From Camelus ferus (taxonomy: Eukaryota): 64,000 nt of DNA. The notes under the pieces were generated by a model. That model did not search any database. It saw only the letters and a list, made by a program, of their open reading frames with translations, and was not told where the DNA came from. This document shows positions 13,201-26,100 of this stretch, in pieces. The stretch's first letter is position 1. The number at the start of each line of letters is the position of its first letter. A program made the translations under genes and the position numbers. The stretch is from assembly GCF_009834535.1 (NCBI RefSeq), contig NC_045696.1, forward strand, positions 12,030,001 to 12,094,000, read 5' to 3'.

Positions 13201-15554
13201 AACAGCTGGCCACTTGTGCATCCGATAGGAAAGTGCATACGTTCATGCTGGGAAACTGCCAATGCAATGGAAACTGGTGAGTGCTCTAAAAATCTGGCTT
13301 GGGAGGATTTGTCCAGAGAGAGCAGGGTTTCAGAGCATCTTCTAGCCCATGAATGTTGTTTATAATCGGAAGCCTCTTCAGTGGAGTGGTTCAAACCTGG
13401 GGAGTTTATTTTGAGCTGTTTTCAGGAAATCTCTGGCCGGATCATGCGCCATGTTGGGAGTTATTCCTCTGTCTAGTGAGGATCTTACCATTTCCCTTGC
13501 TCTCCTCTGACTTTTGGTGTGAGTTTCAGTATTTGGTTAAATATACTAGGACTGGTCACATGCTAAGACGTCTAACTAGATAAGATGGAACATACTTTGA
13601 AGACTGCTGGGTTCTTGGGGGGCTCTTCCCTGGGGTTGGTCATCTGGGTTTCTTGCTGCTGCAAGAGTGGGGTGGTTCACAGGGGCTCTGAGTGTGGGGC
13701 AAATCAGATTTCTCAGGTGTGATGTGTCCTTGAGGTGGAGGTGGGCAGGAGGAGGAGCCCTTCGGAAAGATGCACCAGGAATGTTTGAATCCTAGTGATG
13801 CTGTCTTTCTTCTGAGCTGTTGGAAACCCCATCACAATGGTATGCACCCTGGCATTTGTGAAGGATGGGCAGTGAGGATGCAGCCTCAGAGCGGGCTTTC
13901 AGTGTGTGAGCCTAGAGCCTCTGCGTCAGTGTATCTGGCTTTGGTTTGTTCTAGAGATTCTGAGACCTGTAAACTTGTATTTCTCCTGTGGCACTTAGGC
14001 ATCTGGATAAGAAAGCCCTGCTGTGGATGACTCTTTCCTGCTCTAAAGATGGGGGTGGCTGGTGTAGAGAACATGGAGTCCCTATTGACCACTCGGGGGT
14101 TGAGTGATGACCTCTGGCTGGGTGGACATCATTTCCCAGGATGCTGAAGCGCAGGTTCCTGAGTATCTGGGACATCCCAAGCTTCATGACCAAATAGGGG
14201 CTGGGTCTGGGCAGCCGGGATCTGTTTCCCAACAGGCTGGGTCACGTGTCAGTGTTGGGTGCTGTGCATCCCTGAGCCTGCTCGACCACTTGTGGAGACG
14301 AGGCAGAGCCAGCTTGGGTCACAGATGGGGAGCATTCCCCAATGGTTACGCTGGGTTGTGTGCTCCAGAAGCATGCTGGCTCAGCTGGGGCCAGCGGGCC
14401 TGGAACCTGGAGGAGTCACTTCTTTGCTCAGTTTAGTGGCCGTCCCAGAGTTGAACACACACAGCCTGGGCCATCGTGAGGTTGTGACGTCATTTGGCAT
14501 GAACAGATGTTCAGGTCCGACAAAGAGGTGAGTGTCTATTGAGGCCTTAACCCTTAGGTTCAGGAGGGACGTCAGGGCATTCTGTAAAGGGGGTCATGCT
14601 CTGTGGGGATGGATTGGACAGTTCAGAGACATGCCTTCCGGTCTCTGCCTCTGCTTCTCTCATCTTCTTTCATGTGCTCCTCCCCCTTGCCACTGCTTTT
14701 GAGTGTGAGCTCTTTGCCAGGAAAGTCAAGGCAAAGAGATGAACAATCATTCAGCGTTGACTGAGTTGACTGTGTAGGCGTTGACTACCGAGACGGGTCT
14801 GATCGGGCGCTGCATGCCGCTGAGCCTTCACGTTAAGAGTGGAGAAGGTGGCGGGAAGCTCGGGTTCCAACCTCCGGTTTGCCACCCACCAGGCTTGGGA
14901 CTTGCTGGGGCCTCAGCAGCCCCAGGCATTAACCAAGGGGATGGCTGTGTAAGGTTCCTTCCGGTTCTAGAGTGCCTGGAGTCCATTCCCTCCTTCTTTG
15001 TTCTGAAGTCTTTCTCTTGTGAACTCAGGAGGCTCCCCATGTAGCTTATCTGCCCCTGTCTTACAGGGAAGCAGCTTGCCTTTCTTCATTTTGGAGGCGA
15101 GTTTGTAGCTGGTTTTGTCACTTCTTCCAGAGAAAGACTGAGATGTGAAAATGAATCCAGATGTTGGGGAAATTCACACAGACTTCTCATCTCCCGCTAC
15201 CCGTGGTTACTGAATAATCAGTCATGGCCAGATTTAGGTAAATGTCCCTACCAAGGAGAAGCGTGGGTTGATGACGACGGTCTCTTGTTTGTACCAAGGA
15301 TTTTTACTTACTGGATCTGGGTCCTCGATGACCATCTATGTCAGGTTAACAGGCAGAACAGCTGGTAGCAAGGTGGCGGCATCAGTCGTCGTCAGTCACA
15401 GGGTCTATGTCTGAGCCGCATCTGTGGTTTCTTTGATTCCCTTAAGTCCCTCTAAATCCCAGGGGTCTAAACTCCATTGTAAAGGCAGTTGATTCTGAGA
15501 AATTTGCTTAACCATTTCCTGCTACTGTCTTCCTCCTTACTTCCCACTTGTTCT

Positions 15555-15622
15555 TCCTTCCTTCCTTCCTTCCTTCCTTCCTTCCTTCCTTCCTTTCTTC
15601 CTTTCTTCCTTTCTTCCTTTCT
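15555..15622. repeat. (CCTT)n / (CCTTTCTT)n pyrimidine repeat
   Basis: Read directly. Confidence 0.9.
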
Positions 15623-15659
15623 CTAATATACTTTTAATTTTAGAACAGCTTTAGAGCAC

Positions 15660-15696
15660 CCTTCAATAGCTCAGCTGGTAGAGTACAGGGCTGTAG
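15660..15696 (+). pseudogene. tRNA-Tyr(GTA) 5'-half retropseudogene (tailless), flanked by a 16-bp TSD
   Basis: ccttcaatagctcagctggtagagtacagggctgtag matches nt 1-37 of the recalled vertebrate tRNA-Tyr (CCTTCGATAGCTCAGCTGGTAGAGCGGAGGACTGTAG) at 32/37. Direct repeat ttagaacagctttaga at 15640-15655 and 15703-15718. Confidence 0.88.
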
Positions 15697-15874
15697 AGGT
15701 GATTAGAACAGCTTTAGAAGAACATAAATGTTGCAAAGATAGCAGAGAAAGTTCCCGTATGTCTGGCACCCAGTTAACCTCGAGCACCCGGCTGAGGTAG
15801 TATTTGCCAGGTTTCTCCCCTACCAAGCTACTCTTTTTCTAACTCTTTGTGCAGTGTACTCTTTGTGGAGTTTT

Positions 15875-16290
15875 TTTTTTTAAGGTGTACAATGTGATGA
15901 ATTAGTATGTATATTTTGTGAACTGTTTACCACAGTCTAGTTAATTAACACATTCGTTATTCACACAATTACCTTTTTCTTTCTTTCTTTCTTTCTTTCT
16001 TTTTTTTTTTTTTTTTTTGGCGATGAGAACACTTACAATCTACTTTCCTAGCAAATTTCAAGTGTACAATACAGTGTAATTAACTAGAGTCATCATGCTG
16101 TATGTCAGGTCCCCAGAACTTACTCATCTGTAACTGGAAATTTGTACACTTTGACCAACGTCTGTCTCCCTGTTTCCCCCAAGCCACCAGCGTCTGACAA
16201 CCACCATTCTGCTCTCTGGCTCTGTGACTTTGACATTCTTACATTCCACAGAGAAGTGAAATCATACAGCGTTTGTCTTTCTGTCTCCTT
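15875..16290 (-). mobile_element. L1 (L1MA/MB-like) 3' end fragment
   Basis: aaggtgtacaatgtgatg...ctagcaaatttcaagtgtacaatacag...ccccagaacttactcatc. Confidence 0.75.
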
Positions 16291-17687
16291 TGCTGGTTTC
16301 CATGTCTGGCTATGCCCATCTTTTAGTGTCTCACTTAGTATCTATTTTGTGATGAAGGTGAACTCTGAAAGCTGTAACTTAGAATTGACTGAGTTAGATG
16401 TGCAGAGATGCGGGCACAACACCTATTCAGATCTCGTGCAGATCAAAATTAGCTTGTGGCTTGGTTCATTCTGCTCCGTTGCCTCTCAGCAAAGATTTGA
16501 GCACAAAGCACTCATTTTTGTGGCGATCGGAATATCCTGTTAGGTTTTACATTTTCAAACCATAATTAACTGTTTATGAGACTAAAGTGGTTAAGCCCCC
16601 AGACTTTGCCATCCTCGTCCTACGTCAGACTCACGTTCTCATTCTCTTCCTTTGAGAAAAACAGTCTAATTTCTTTTCCATTAAGACTGTTGAGCTGTTC
16701 TGTCCTATACTGCGGTCATTATCCTCCCTTGATTACTACCATGATTTAATTATTGTTTACGGAAATGCCTTCAGCACTTTAGGGTAATTAAGATTCTGAT
16801 TTAAGAACAGACCTGTCTGTGTCCCGGAAACGTTCACTGTGAGAGCAGGGGCAGTGCTTTGAAAGTTCCCAATGTTTTTAAACTGGGAATTGATACCCCC
16901 GGCATCTTGGCAGTTGCCCCAAGCCGTCTCTTGGCCCAGGGGCAGTGAGTAGCTTGCTTCGGGCTCCTAGCATCCCGGCTTTGAAAGGGCAAGGTAATTG
17001 GAGAGCCTGCGTCGGAGCTGTGGGCCCCAATGTGGAGTGAGAGGCTGCTTGTTTTGAAGAAGTGAAGCTGATTGGAGCATGAGGACTGGTCCCTGCTCCT
17101 GGGCGGTGGGTCCTTGCTGGGTGAGTGGGTGAGGTGGTGTACTACGTCTCTTTTTTGTCACCAGATTATAAAATAGACTCCTAACTAGGCCCTTTATTTT
17201 TGAAAAAAGGTGTCAGCTATAAAGACCTCTATATCCCTTGGAACCCCCTACCTCCAGAACAACTAGCTAATTACCCTGCAGAATTTCCCGGAGCTCCAGG
17301 CAGGCTGATGAGGGTGAGGGCGCTGAGCTCACTCAGCAGGGCAGTGGGAGAATCTCAATAGCTGATTTGCCAATGACTTAATTATCTAAGTCAGATAAAT
17401 AATAAGTTCTTTGAAATGTTCCTTGTTGTCTTGGGTTTTGTTTTTTTATTATTTCTTAAGCATTCCAAATTGTTTGCGTTCATACTGGGGTGGCTCGGGT
17501 TTTACTGAGCTGCTCTGCAGGCAAATTGGGTTTGAGCAGGTCAGGGGGCTGAGGAGTAATTGGTCCAGGAGAGCAATGCCCTGTGGGACACCTGTAGCTA
17601 CACAGCCCCTGGCTGGACTGACAGGAGCGCCTGGGTTACTTCTCTGTGTGATGCATGTCTTCTTTTTTCTCCCTTTCGGCTCCCAAG

Positions 17688-18135
17688 GATGTTAATGCAG
17701 GTGAGGGTAGCGAGTTTGCCGACAGTGGGATCGAAGGAGCCACCACCGACACGGACCTCCTGTCCAGGCGATCCAATGCCACCAACTCCAGCTACTCGCC
17801 CCCCACCGGCCGCGCCTTTGTGGGCAGCGACAGTGGCAGCAGCTCCACCGGGGATGCAGCCCGCCAGGGGGTATACGAGAACTTCCGACGGGAGCTGGAG
17901 ATGAGCACCACCAACAGCGAGAGCCTGGAGGAGGCGGGCTCCGCACACAGCGACGAGCAGAGCAGCGGCACCCTGAGCTCCCCGGGCCAGTCCGACATCC
18001 TGCTCACGGCCGCGCAGGGCACGGTGCGCAAGGCAGGCGCCCTGGCCGTCAAGAACTTCCTGGTGCACAAGAAGAACAAGAAGGTGGAGTCGGCCACCCG
18101 GAGGAAGTGGAAGCACTACTGGGTGTCCTTGAAAG
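17688..18135 (+). CDS. TIAM1: TIAM1 coding exon 2 (448 nt): DVNAGEGSEFADSGIEGAT... to start of the N-terminal PH domain (...HYWVSLK G)
   Basis: Acceptor cccaag|GAT, donor AAAG|gtaaga, phase 0 to 1. Contains the SEFADSGIEGAT phosphodegron region and the QGVYENF tyrosine motif. Confidence 0.98.
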
Positions 18136-19399
18136 GTAAGAGAGGGAGCGTCCTGGCATCTTTCCTGCAGTGCTGGATACACCCTGTGCTCCACGGGGCA
18201 CCTGTGCAAATGATGTTTTTTAATTACATGAAATTTCCATTTTATGCTAATTTCAAAAATGTTATTCCATTGATGGTAAGAATACTTAACATGAGAGCTA
18301 CCCTCTTCAAACCTTTTTAGGTGACAGGACAATACTGTTGACTAGCCAGGGCTTTAGCACATCTCTAGGACGTGATCGTCTTCCATAACAGAAACTTTTT
18401 TGATTAGTAACTCCCCATTTCTCTTTCCCACCAGTGTTGTTCTATTTCTTTTACGTTTTTACAGTTAAGCTGTTGGACCCTCTCGTGTTTAGTTTTCTCA
18501 TGAATACAGCTGGTTCTGATGACAGTTTCAAAGGATTGAGTTCCAAAAACATTTTTTGGGGGGAAATCATTCAAAACATATGCCCCCAAAGTGACTGTTT
18601 TGGAGGGAAAACTACTAGTTTGAATCCTTTGAAACTGTCATTTTTGGAGTAAAAAATGATGGAATGCTGCTAATTTCATAGGGTTCAACCCAGTGTGCTT
18701 AAGGGAGTGGCTAAACCAGCACATGTTTGTGAAAAATCACTGTTTTATAGTCACACTTTGAATATTTGACTATTCTGGCTTCTGTGGAAAACCTCAGGAA
18801 GTATTGGTATTAAACTTCCAATTTTATTTTTCTGTGCTAAATTACATACCATATTACAGTCTATATAAAATGTGTATGAAATTTTGAACCCAGATGTGAA
18901 ATAGGAACTTTAAATTTGAGCAAATTCTGTCAGTTTCCACACATGCCTGGCACACTTTGCTTGTTTTCCAAGAACTGGGAAAAGGCTGTTTGATGTAGTG
19001 GTTCTGTCTGAGGACCACAGCTCTCCTGTGGGAGCCTGTTGGAGAATCACCGCTGTTCTTTCTCACGCGGGACCTGCCTTGGCTTAATTTGAGTCACCAC
19101 AGGTCGTGTCTGAAGGGCCCTCCCTGCTCATGGCCGCTGCTCTGCTGGGGGTGGGGTGGGAAGAGGTGAGATGAAGGGTGAGGCCGCTTCTCCCCCCTCA
19201 CACTCCTCCCCCAGGGTCCACACCACTGGACACTGCAGCCTCCGTGCCCTGGACAGCTCGTCGTGCCCTGCATTTTATTAATCCGTGCTTTTTTAGCAGC
19301 GTGATCGGAAGCCCCGAGGCACAACACCACGGCCCCCCGGAGGTGCTTTCTGGGTTACAAGCATACCTGCTGATTCTCACGGTTTAGTGACGGGGCCCT

Positions 19400-19786
19400 G
19401 TGTGAGTCCCTGTATTAGGGCTGCTGTAGCAAATTACTGCAGACTGAGGGGCTTAAACAGAAGTTTATTTTCTCACAGTCCTGGAGCCTAGAAGTCCAAG
19501 ATCAAGGTGTCAGCAGGTTTGCTGTTTTCTGAGGCTTCTCTCCTGGACTTGGGGACAGCTGTCTTCTTCCAGTATCTTCACGTGGTCCTCCTTCGTACCC
19601 AGATTCTGTGCCCAGACTCCCATTTCTGTAAGGACAGTAGTCATATTGGACGAGGGCCCACTCTATAACCTCACTTTATTTTCATTACATCTTTAAAGAC
19701 CCTGTCTCCAAAGACAGCTGTATTCTGAGGCCCTGGGTGACGACTTCAGCCTAGGAATTCGGGGGAATGGAATTCAGCCCATGACA
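19400..19786. mobile_element. MaLR solo LTR (MLT1-like)
   Basis: agggctgctgtagcaaattac...ttctcacagtcctggag...gaagtccaagatcaaggtgtcagcagg...aattcagcccatgaca. Confidence 0.85.
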
Positions 19787-20690
19787 ATCCCTGAGTCTGT
19801 GGTATAAACAAGCTTCGCAGGGGATTGATCCACTGAGGTTGAGAATAACCATGTTAGAGGCATAGAATAAAAATAATTGTTTTACTTGGGACATGGAAGC
19901 AGGGGCTGTTTTGTTTCTGCTGTTCTTTCAGAGAATAAATGATCCAGGAAGCCTGGGTGTGGGCATTCAGGAGCACAGCTCACAAGCCCATTAGCGGAGG
20001 GAGCCTTCACTTTCTTGGTGACCTAGATCCGAGTGACACAATGTGTCAGGATCCAGGCCCAGAACACAGAGCCGCCGAGTCCTTTGCGTCTTGCTCCTGA
20101 TGGGTTCCATTATATATTGACAGGCTCGAGGCTTGTCCTTGTCACTCAAAGGCAGGGCTTGCCGCTGATTTGGGCTTGGAGATTGAGAAATGAAAAGCAG
20201 AGTACCTGGGAACCGTGGGGTAGAGAATTCTCCAAAGATTCTTTCCCTTTCGACAGAGTAATTAATTTTTTAAAAAGACCTCATTTAGAAGGAGTCTCTG
20301 GAGTGTCTCCATCAACAACTGAAAAGCGTATAGATCATGGTCAAGTGTAGACGAAGGTAAAAGGGCTGTTACCACGGGGCACGCGTTTCCAGACTTGCTG
20401 CTTCTCGTTAGTCTTAAAATTGGAATGTGTAGATGATGGAGTAAAAGCTACTTTTTAACCACCCACTCTCATGGGTGATTGTAAACCAAAGCTGAAAAAT
20501 GATAAAAACGGCAGTTTGGGAGGATCCTAAAATGTTCAACGTGTGCTCACACCAGAATGTGTGGACACCCCGTGTTCATATCCACAAGCTTCATTCTCTG
20601 TTCTCAAACTATGGTAAAGCTGTGTTGGTCCTTTTCTGTGAAAACTGTATTCATCATTAGTGTCGTATTTAGTCCTAAGGATTATTTAGA

Positions 20691-20915
20691 GCAGGGTTTT
20701 TTAACAGAGGGACTCTTGGCATTTTCCAGATCGTTCTTTGTTGTGAGGCCTGTCCTGGGCCTTGTGGGATGTTTGCCACTATCCCTCTCCACCATCTACT
20801 GGATGCCAGTAACACCTCCAGTTCCCCACCCCCACGTTGTGACAACCAGAAGTGTCTCCAGACTTTGCCACATGTCCCCTGGGGGGCAAAATTACCTCAC
20901 CTGGGGAACCTGAGA
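20691..20915. mobile_element. MER20-like hAT-Charlie MITE
   Basis: ctactggatgccagtaacacc...gttgtgacaaccagaagtgtctccagactttgccacatgtcccctggggggcaaaat. Confidence 0.85.
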
Positions 20916-22540
20916 TTTGGAGGCAAATAACCTCTCCTTTCCACTTCTTTTCTTTTTCTATTTATCTTTGAATCCATGCTAGCATGAGACATGGAGACAG
21001 GATGTATAGATGATTCTGAACGTGACCTATGTGTGCCTGTCAAAACTTGAGATCTTCAAAATAGCAGGGATTATGAGAAAAATAGGGTCCGGGTGGACAA
21101 CTCAGTGGGCATGTTATTAAATTGTGTGTATGCAACTTATACACCCAAAACTTAAAAACAAAACCCAAACCCTACTAACAATACATAGTTAACATCTTAA
21201 TTTCCAACAGTAGATGCCACAGAAAACAGAGGGCTTTACCTTTAAGGAAAAAAAATGAATATAACTTGAATGGATAGAAGGGAAGAACTGAAACTCTGGA
21301 ATTACGGAGACAAGAACAACAGCTATAAAGTCATGACGTGCAGTAGGACTTCCAGGCAGAGCGTGTGGTCAGACTGTACCAAGGGAAACGTTGTGAAATG
21401 ACTGGGCTTTGCGTGCCAGTCTGCATGTCCAGCTGCACAGCGTGTTGGGGGATGTTGCGTTTAGCAGCTATTACATGCTCACGTGAAATATTACGTACTA
21501 GGAAAAATTGCCTTGGTGCTCATGTGACTTCTCCATTGAGCCCCATTGCTCTGCATCACTGATCACAGATTTGTTTCATGGAAGTTCATACGGCAGCTGA
21601 ATAGGTCGTGCTTTGAAGGGCTTTGTAATTCACACAAACGGTGGCCCTTGCTTGTGGTAAGGAAGGTGCTGAAGCCTGACTGAGTGGCTTACGTTGAAGT
21701 TAAAGAGTCGTAACATTGGGCCCCGACTTCCCCTGAAATTGGATTCGATTACTTGAGAGCAAGTGCTCAGTGAGTAATTACTAATAAAGTGAGCTTCACA
21801 AGCAGGTGATGATGGAGGGTCTTTACTGAACCCACCTTGCCGCAAATCTGCAAAAGATTTCAATTGCTACCATCTCATTAGTTTCACAGTGTAATTCAGT
21901 GTGGACCTGGCCTCTGGCTCCCCTCGGGTCTTCATGTGTGTGCCATGCATTTCTCCTTCCAGGATGTGGTTGACTTCCAGGAAAACATTCTATAGAAAAG
22001 ATCTGAGACCAAAAATCTAGCATTTGTTTCCTTATCCTGAAAGCACATAAAGCCAGTGTTATGTTTTGTTTTCTCCAGGGGCACAGGCAAGAAACCTAGT
22101 ACCTTGTGTTTCCTGGTTGCCTAACACATGAGATGTATTGGGAAGGGGCTCCGGGGTGGGGGGCAGTACTGACTGCCAGTCCCCACTCAGCACTGTTGCA
22201 TTTGGGCCCGCAGAGCTGAACTACAGCGACCACTGGCCAAAGGAGACAGTAAGACCCCCTTATGCCTATGAAGATACCTGTAACGAAACATTCTAAAACA
22301 GAAAGTAAGGGTCTTAGAGAACTTGAGGGCATGCATGATGAAACTGTGATTTAAGCATCCCTGCCTTTGGCTAAGCCCATCCAAGACCAAGCACAAGCAT
22401 GGCCCTATTCTCTTTACTTCCTGGGTTTCACGCTAATTTCCAGCCCTCTCATGGTCTCAGGGCAGAAGTGACAGTTTGCATTATAGACTTTTGGTTTCCT
22501 GAGCACCAAATACTCACGCAGACCCGTTCTTGTTCCTCAG

Positions 22541-22713
22541 GGTGCACGCTCTTTTTCTACGAGAGTGACGGCAGGTCCGGCATAGACCACAACAGCATCC
22601 CCAAGCACGCCGTCTGGGTTGAGAACAGCATCGTGCAGGCCGTGCCGGAGCACCCCAAGAAGGACTTCGTCTTCTGCCTCAGCAACTCCCTGGGCGATGC
22701 CTTCCTCTTTCAG
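22541..22713 (+). CDS. TIAM1: TIAM1 coding exon 3 (173 nt): PHn domain (G)CTLFFYESDGRSG...GDAFLFQ
   Basis: Acceptor ttcctcag|GG, donor CAG|gtttgt, phase 1 to 0. Confidence 0.97.
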
Positions 22714-23899
22714 GTTTGTTGGGTTCTCCTTTGGCAGGGCATTTCAAATTTCTTACAGATACCTTCCCTTCCTGCCTGTGTACCTCACCATTTTACTGGT
22801 GGGTTCTGTCTTTTGCACATTGTAGAGACATAAACAAGGAGTGACAAAACAAACATCGACACTGAATTCCAGGAATGACTGAACTCATGCAGAGGCTTCC
22901 ACGGTGAAACGCGAGGAGGGGGTGGGTTGAAGGATTTTTTGCGCTGTAGTCTCGATATCATTTGTATAGCACTTTAGAGAAAGGGTTATGAATTCCTTAA
23001 TCTGGGCGTGACGTGAGCTGTCAAAATTTTTGATCATAATACGTTCTCTTCTAATATTACTCATAAAGGAAAATCATGACATCTCAGAAATGACTGACTA
23101 TACCTAGTTTTTCTTCCTCATCTTGTAAGAATTTTGTACCTAATGTTCTTGAAGTTTGACTGTTAATTGTATTAAAAAAATACTAACCTGCTAATCATTT
23201 CAAGGTTAACATTTGCTTTTATAGGGGATCCTTTGAGTTCAGTCAGGTGTGATAAAGTTTTTGTGGTGTTTGTTAGTTAGTTAAGCTTTCTTCATTTACT
23301 CCCGTAATACAGGAATTCCTCAAGCCTTTGTTCCATACTTCCTTTGTGCTATGCACAGTGATACTGAGAATCCCAAGAAGATTTTGACCCAGTTCATACT
23401 CTTAAAATTGTTCATATTTCATATGGCAGACAGACACTGGGATGGATCTTTGTAATGTGGTGAACCTTGACAGTGAATATTCAAGGAAGAGTAGGAATGA
23501 ATTGAGTGAAGTTGACAGTGAGAATATTCCATGCAGAAGAGAGAGTTGGATTAAAGGCATGGAAGCGAGTAACAGGTTATTTCACCATGTGTCTGGGTTT
23601 GGCCCCTACAATGACTTCCATTTGGGCAATTAAAGTAAAAAATATAAAGTGGTAAATTTTGTTTGTGAATAGACAAAAACCACCTGTTTTTTTTTTCTTT
23701 TTTTTAAATCTCTGATGCAAAACACACATAAGGAAGAGTGCACAAAATATGAATGTATTGCTCAGTGAAGTGTCCCTGAGTCATCACCACCCAGGACAAG
23801 AAACAGAAGGTTCTAGCACCCTTCAACCTTACACGCACACATACAACTTCCTAGTTGAATAGAGTGAACGTGTATTTTATCATCCAAGCCAGGACTCTT

Positions 23900-25320
23900 T
23901 TGTTCATCTGGGAATGTCTTCATTTCACCTTCATTTTTGAAGGCTGGTTTTGCTGAATATAGAAGTCTTGATTGACAATCTTATTTCAGTGCTTTGAAAA
24001 TATGACTGTATCGCCATCTGGCCCCCACAGATTCTAATGAGAAATCAGCTGTTGATCTTATGACGATCTCTTGTATCGATGAGTTGTTTTGCTTTGGGGA
24101 TTTTGTCTTGTTTTGAAACAGTTTGATTATGATATGTTTAAATATTGATTTCTTCCAGTTTATTCTACCTGGTTTTCATTGAGCTTTTTTGGGTGTATAG
24201 ATGTATGTGTGTTTGAATCACATTTGGAAAGTTTTTAGCTGTTATTTCTTCAAATATTCTTCCTGTCCATTTCTCTCTTCTCCTTTTGGGACACACATTA
24301 TGTTTAAGTTAGCATGCTTGGTGGTGTCTCATAGTCTCTGATAATCTGTTCATCTTTCTTTGTTTGTTTTTGTTTTGTTCCTTAGACTGGATAGTCTCGA
24401 TTGACCTACTTGAAGTTCATTGATTTTTTTTTTTTTTTGCCAGTTCAAATCTGCTCTTGAGCCCCTCTGATGGATTTTTCACTTTAGTTAGTCTACATTT
24501 TTAACTTCAGAGTTGTATTTGGTTCTTTCGAAAGAAAGACTAATTTTTATTTCACTATTGATATTCTCTAATGATTGGAGAGATTACCTTGAGTGCTCAG
24601 AAATGATAACTCTCTTACTCTTTCCCAAGGACCTCTGTATGTACCTTTTCAACACTCAGGCAGTTAGTTTATAACTCTGTCGTCGCCTTCACCTCTGCTT
24701 GCACAGAGCCTCAAGGTCAGCCAGAGGGGTGAGCACAGGGCCTTTTGGGGTTTTCTGAGCATTTGTACAGTTCTGTGCATGTATGTAGCCTTCTAGATTC
24801 TAATGACTATGTATATCTTTTGAGTATCTTATTCCCCAGCTTTTCCTAAAATTTCTCAGCTTCTTTTTTGCCCTAGCTGTCACCACAACCTCAAGCAGCT
24901 GTGATATTAAACAGTTGTCACTGATTGTTTTTTCACAAACACCCCTGGAGTTAAAGGTTGTGTGCATGAATAAGTTCTGAGTCAGGTCAAATAATAACAG
25001 TTTTCTGTGGGTGGTGTCTTGGGGGAGCTCCAAACCCATTCTGCTCCCTTCAGTGGCTGTTAGACTGCTGGTTTTCACATGATTGTGGAGATAGGGAGAT
25101 AAAGATGGGAACACAGTGCATTAAAATATCCCCGTAATTGATATTCTTACTGAGATTCAGCCATTTTTGCCCCCAATGAATGCAACTCAGATTGTTGCAA
25201 GACTTAATTCCCAGAATCCTGAAAAAGTTAATCTTGACAGTTTTTGCCAGTGTTAATGTTTTCATGGAAGATCAGCTCTTTGAGGTTCTTGTTCTCCTAT
25301 TGCTGCTGATGGATTCACCA
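23900..25320 (-). mobile_element. Old L1M internal/5' fragment
   Basis: ttcaccttcatttttgaaggctggttttgctgaatatagaagtcttg...gagaaatcagctg is typical of antisense L1M. Confidence 0.7.
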
Positions 25321-25499
25321 AAACACTTTAGCGACTAGACAACTTTGAGAGTTATAGCAGCACTGTTAACAATTATGCCAGGATGATAGGTATAGGTTTC
25401 AGTAGCCCCAGGCTAACTGGGATGGATGGATGGCAACCTTTCCATATGTACTTTTGAGTTGACCCCAGCTTTGGGGGATCCTGAGCAGTGTTGGTGTGA

Positions 25500-26100
25500 G
25501 TACTCTTATAACTGTGTTCAGGGTATATTTTTCCAGATTTCTTTTGGAATATACCTAGGAGTGGCATTGCTAGGCCATGGGATATATGCATACATTCAAG
25601 TTTGCTAGATACTGTCAGTTTCCAAAATGACTGAAATAATGTATGCTCCCATCAGCATCCTAGGAGAATTCCAGTTGTTCCTCATCCTTGCCCACACGTG
25701 TTATTGTCAGATTTTTTTTAAAGCTTTTAGTGTGAAGTTGAGCACATTTTTAGGGGTTTAATGACCTTTCACTATCATCTTTTGTGAAGTTTTCATTTCA
25801 GTCTCACACCTGCTTTTCCATTGGGTTGTCTCTCTTCTCTTGATGGTTCATAGCAGTTCTTAACATATTTTGTATATCACTTCTTTGTTGATTATATGCA
25901 TTGCAAATATCTTTTTCTACTCTGTGGCTTGGCTTGCTTTCTACTCTCTTAAAGGTATTCTGTTATACTGAAACTTTTAAGTTTTAATGTAGTCTCATTT
26001 CTTAAGTCTTCCCTAATGGGTAGTGCTTTGTGTGTTCTAGTAAGAAATCTACATGCTGTGTATCATGGAAATATCCTTCTTTATAACTTATAAACCATTG
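25500..26100 (-). mobile_element. Old L1 (L1ME/L1M-like) fragment
   Basis: ggaatatacctaggagtggcattgctagg...gagaattccagttgttcctcatccttgcc. Confidence 0.7.

Noticed and set aside
15660..15696. Functional tRNA-Tyr gene
   Set aside because: Only the 5' half is present, with no T arm/B box or 3' acceptor strand. Reported as a pseudogene.
17698..17706. Cryptic CAG|GTGAGG splice site 13 nt into exon 2
   Set aside because: Use as donor or acceptor would shift the frame, and the codons for NAGEG explain the sequence.
17598..18332. 244-aa antisense ORF
   Set aside because: Shadow of the GC-rich TIAM1 exon 2; no recognisable protein and no independent signals.
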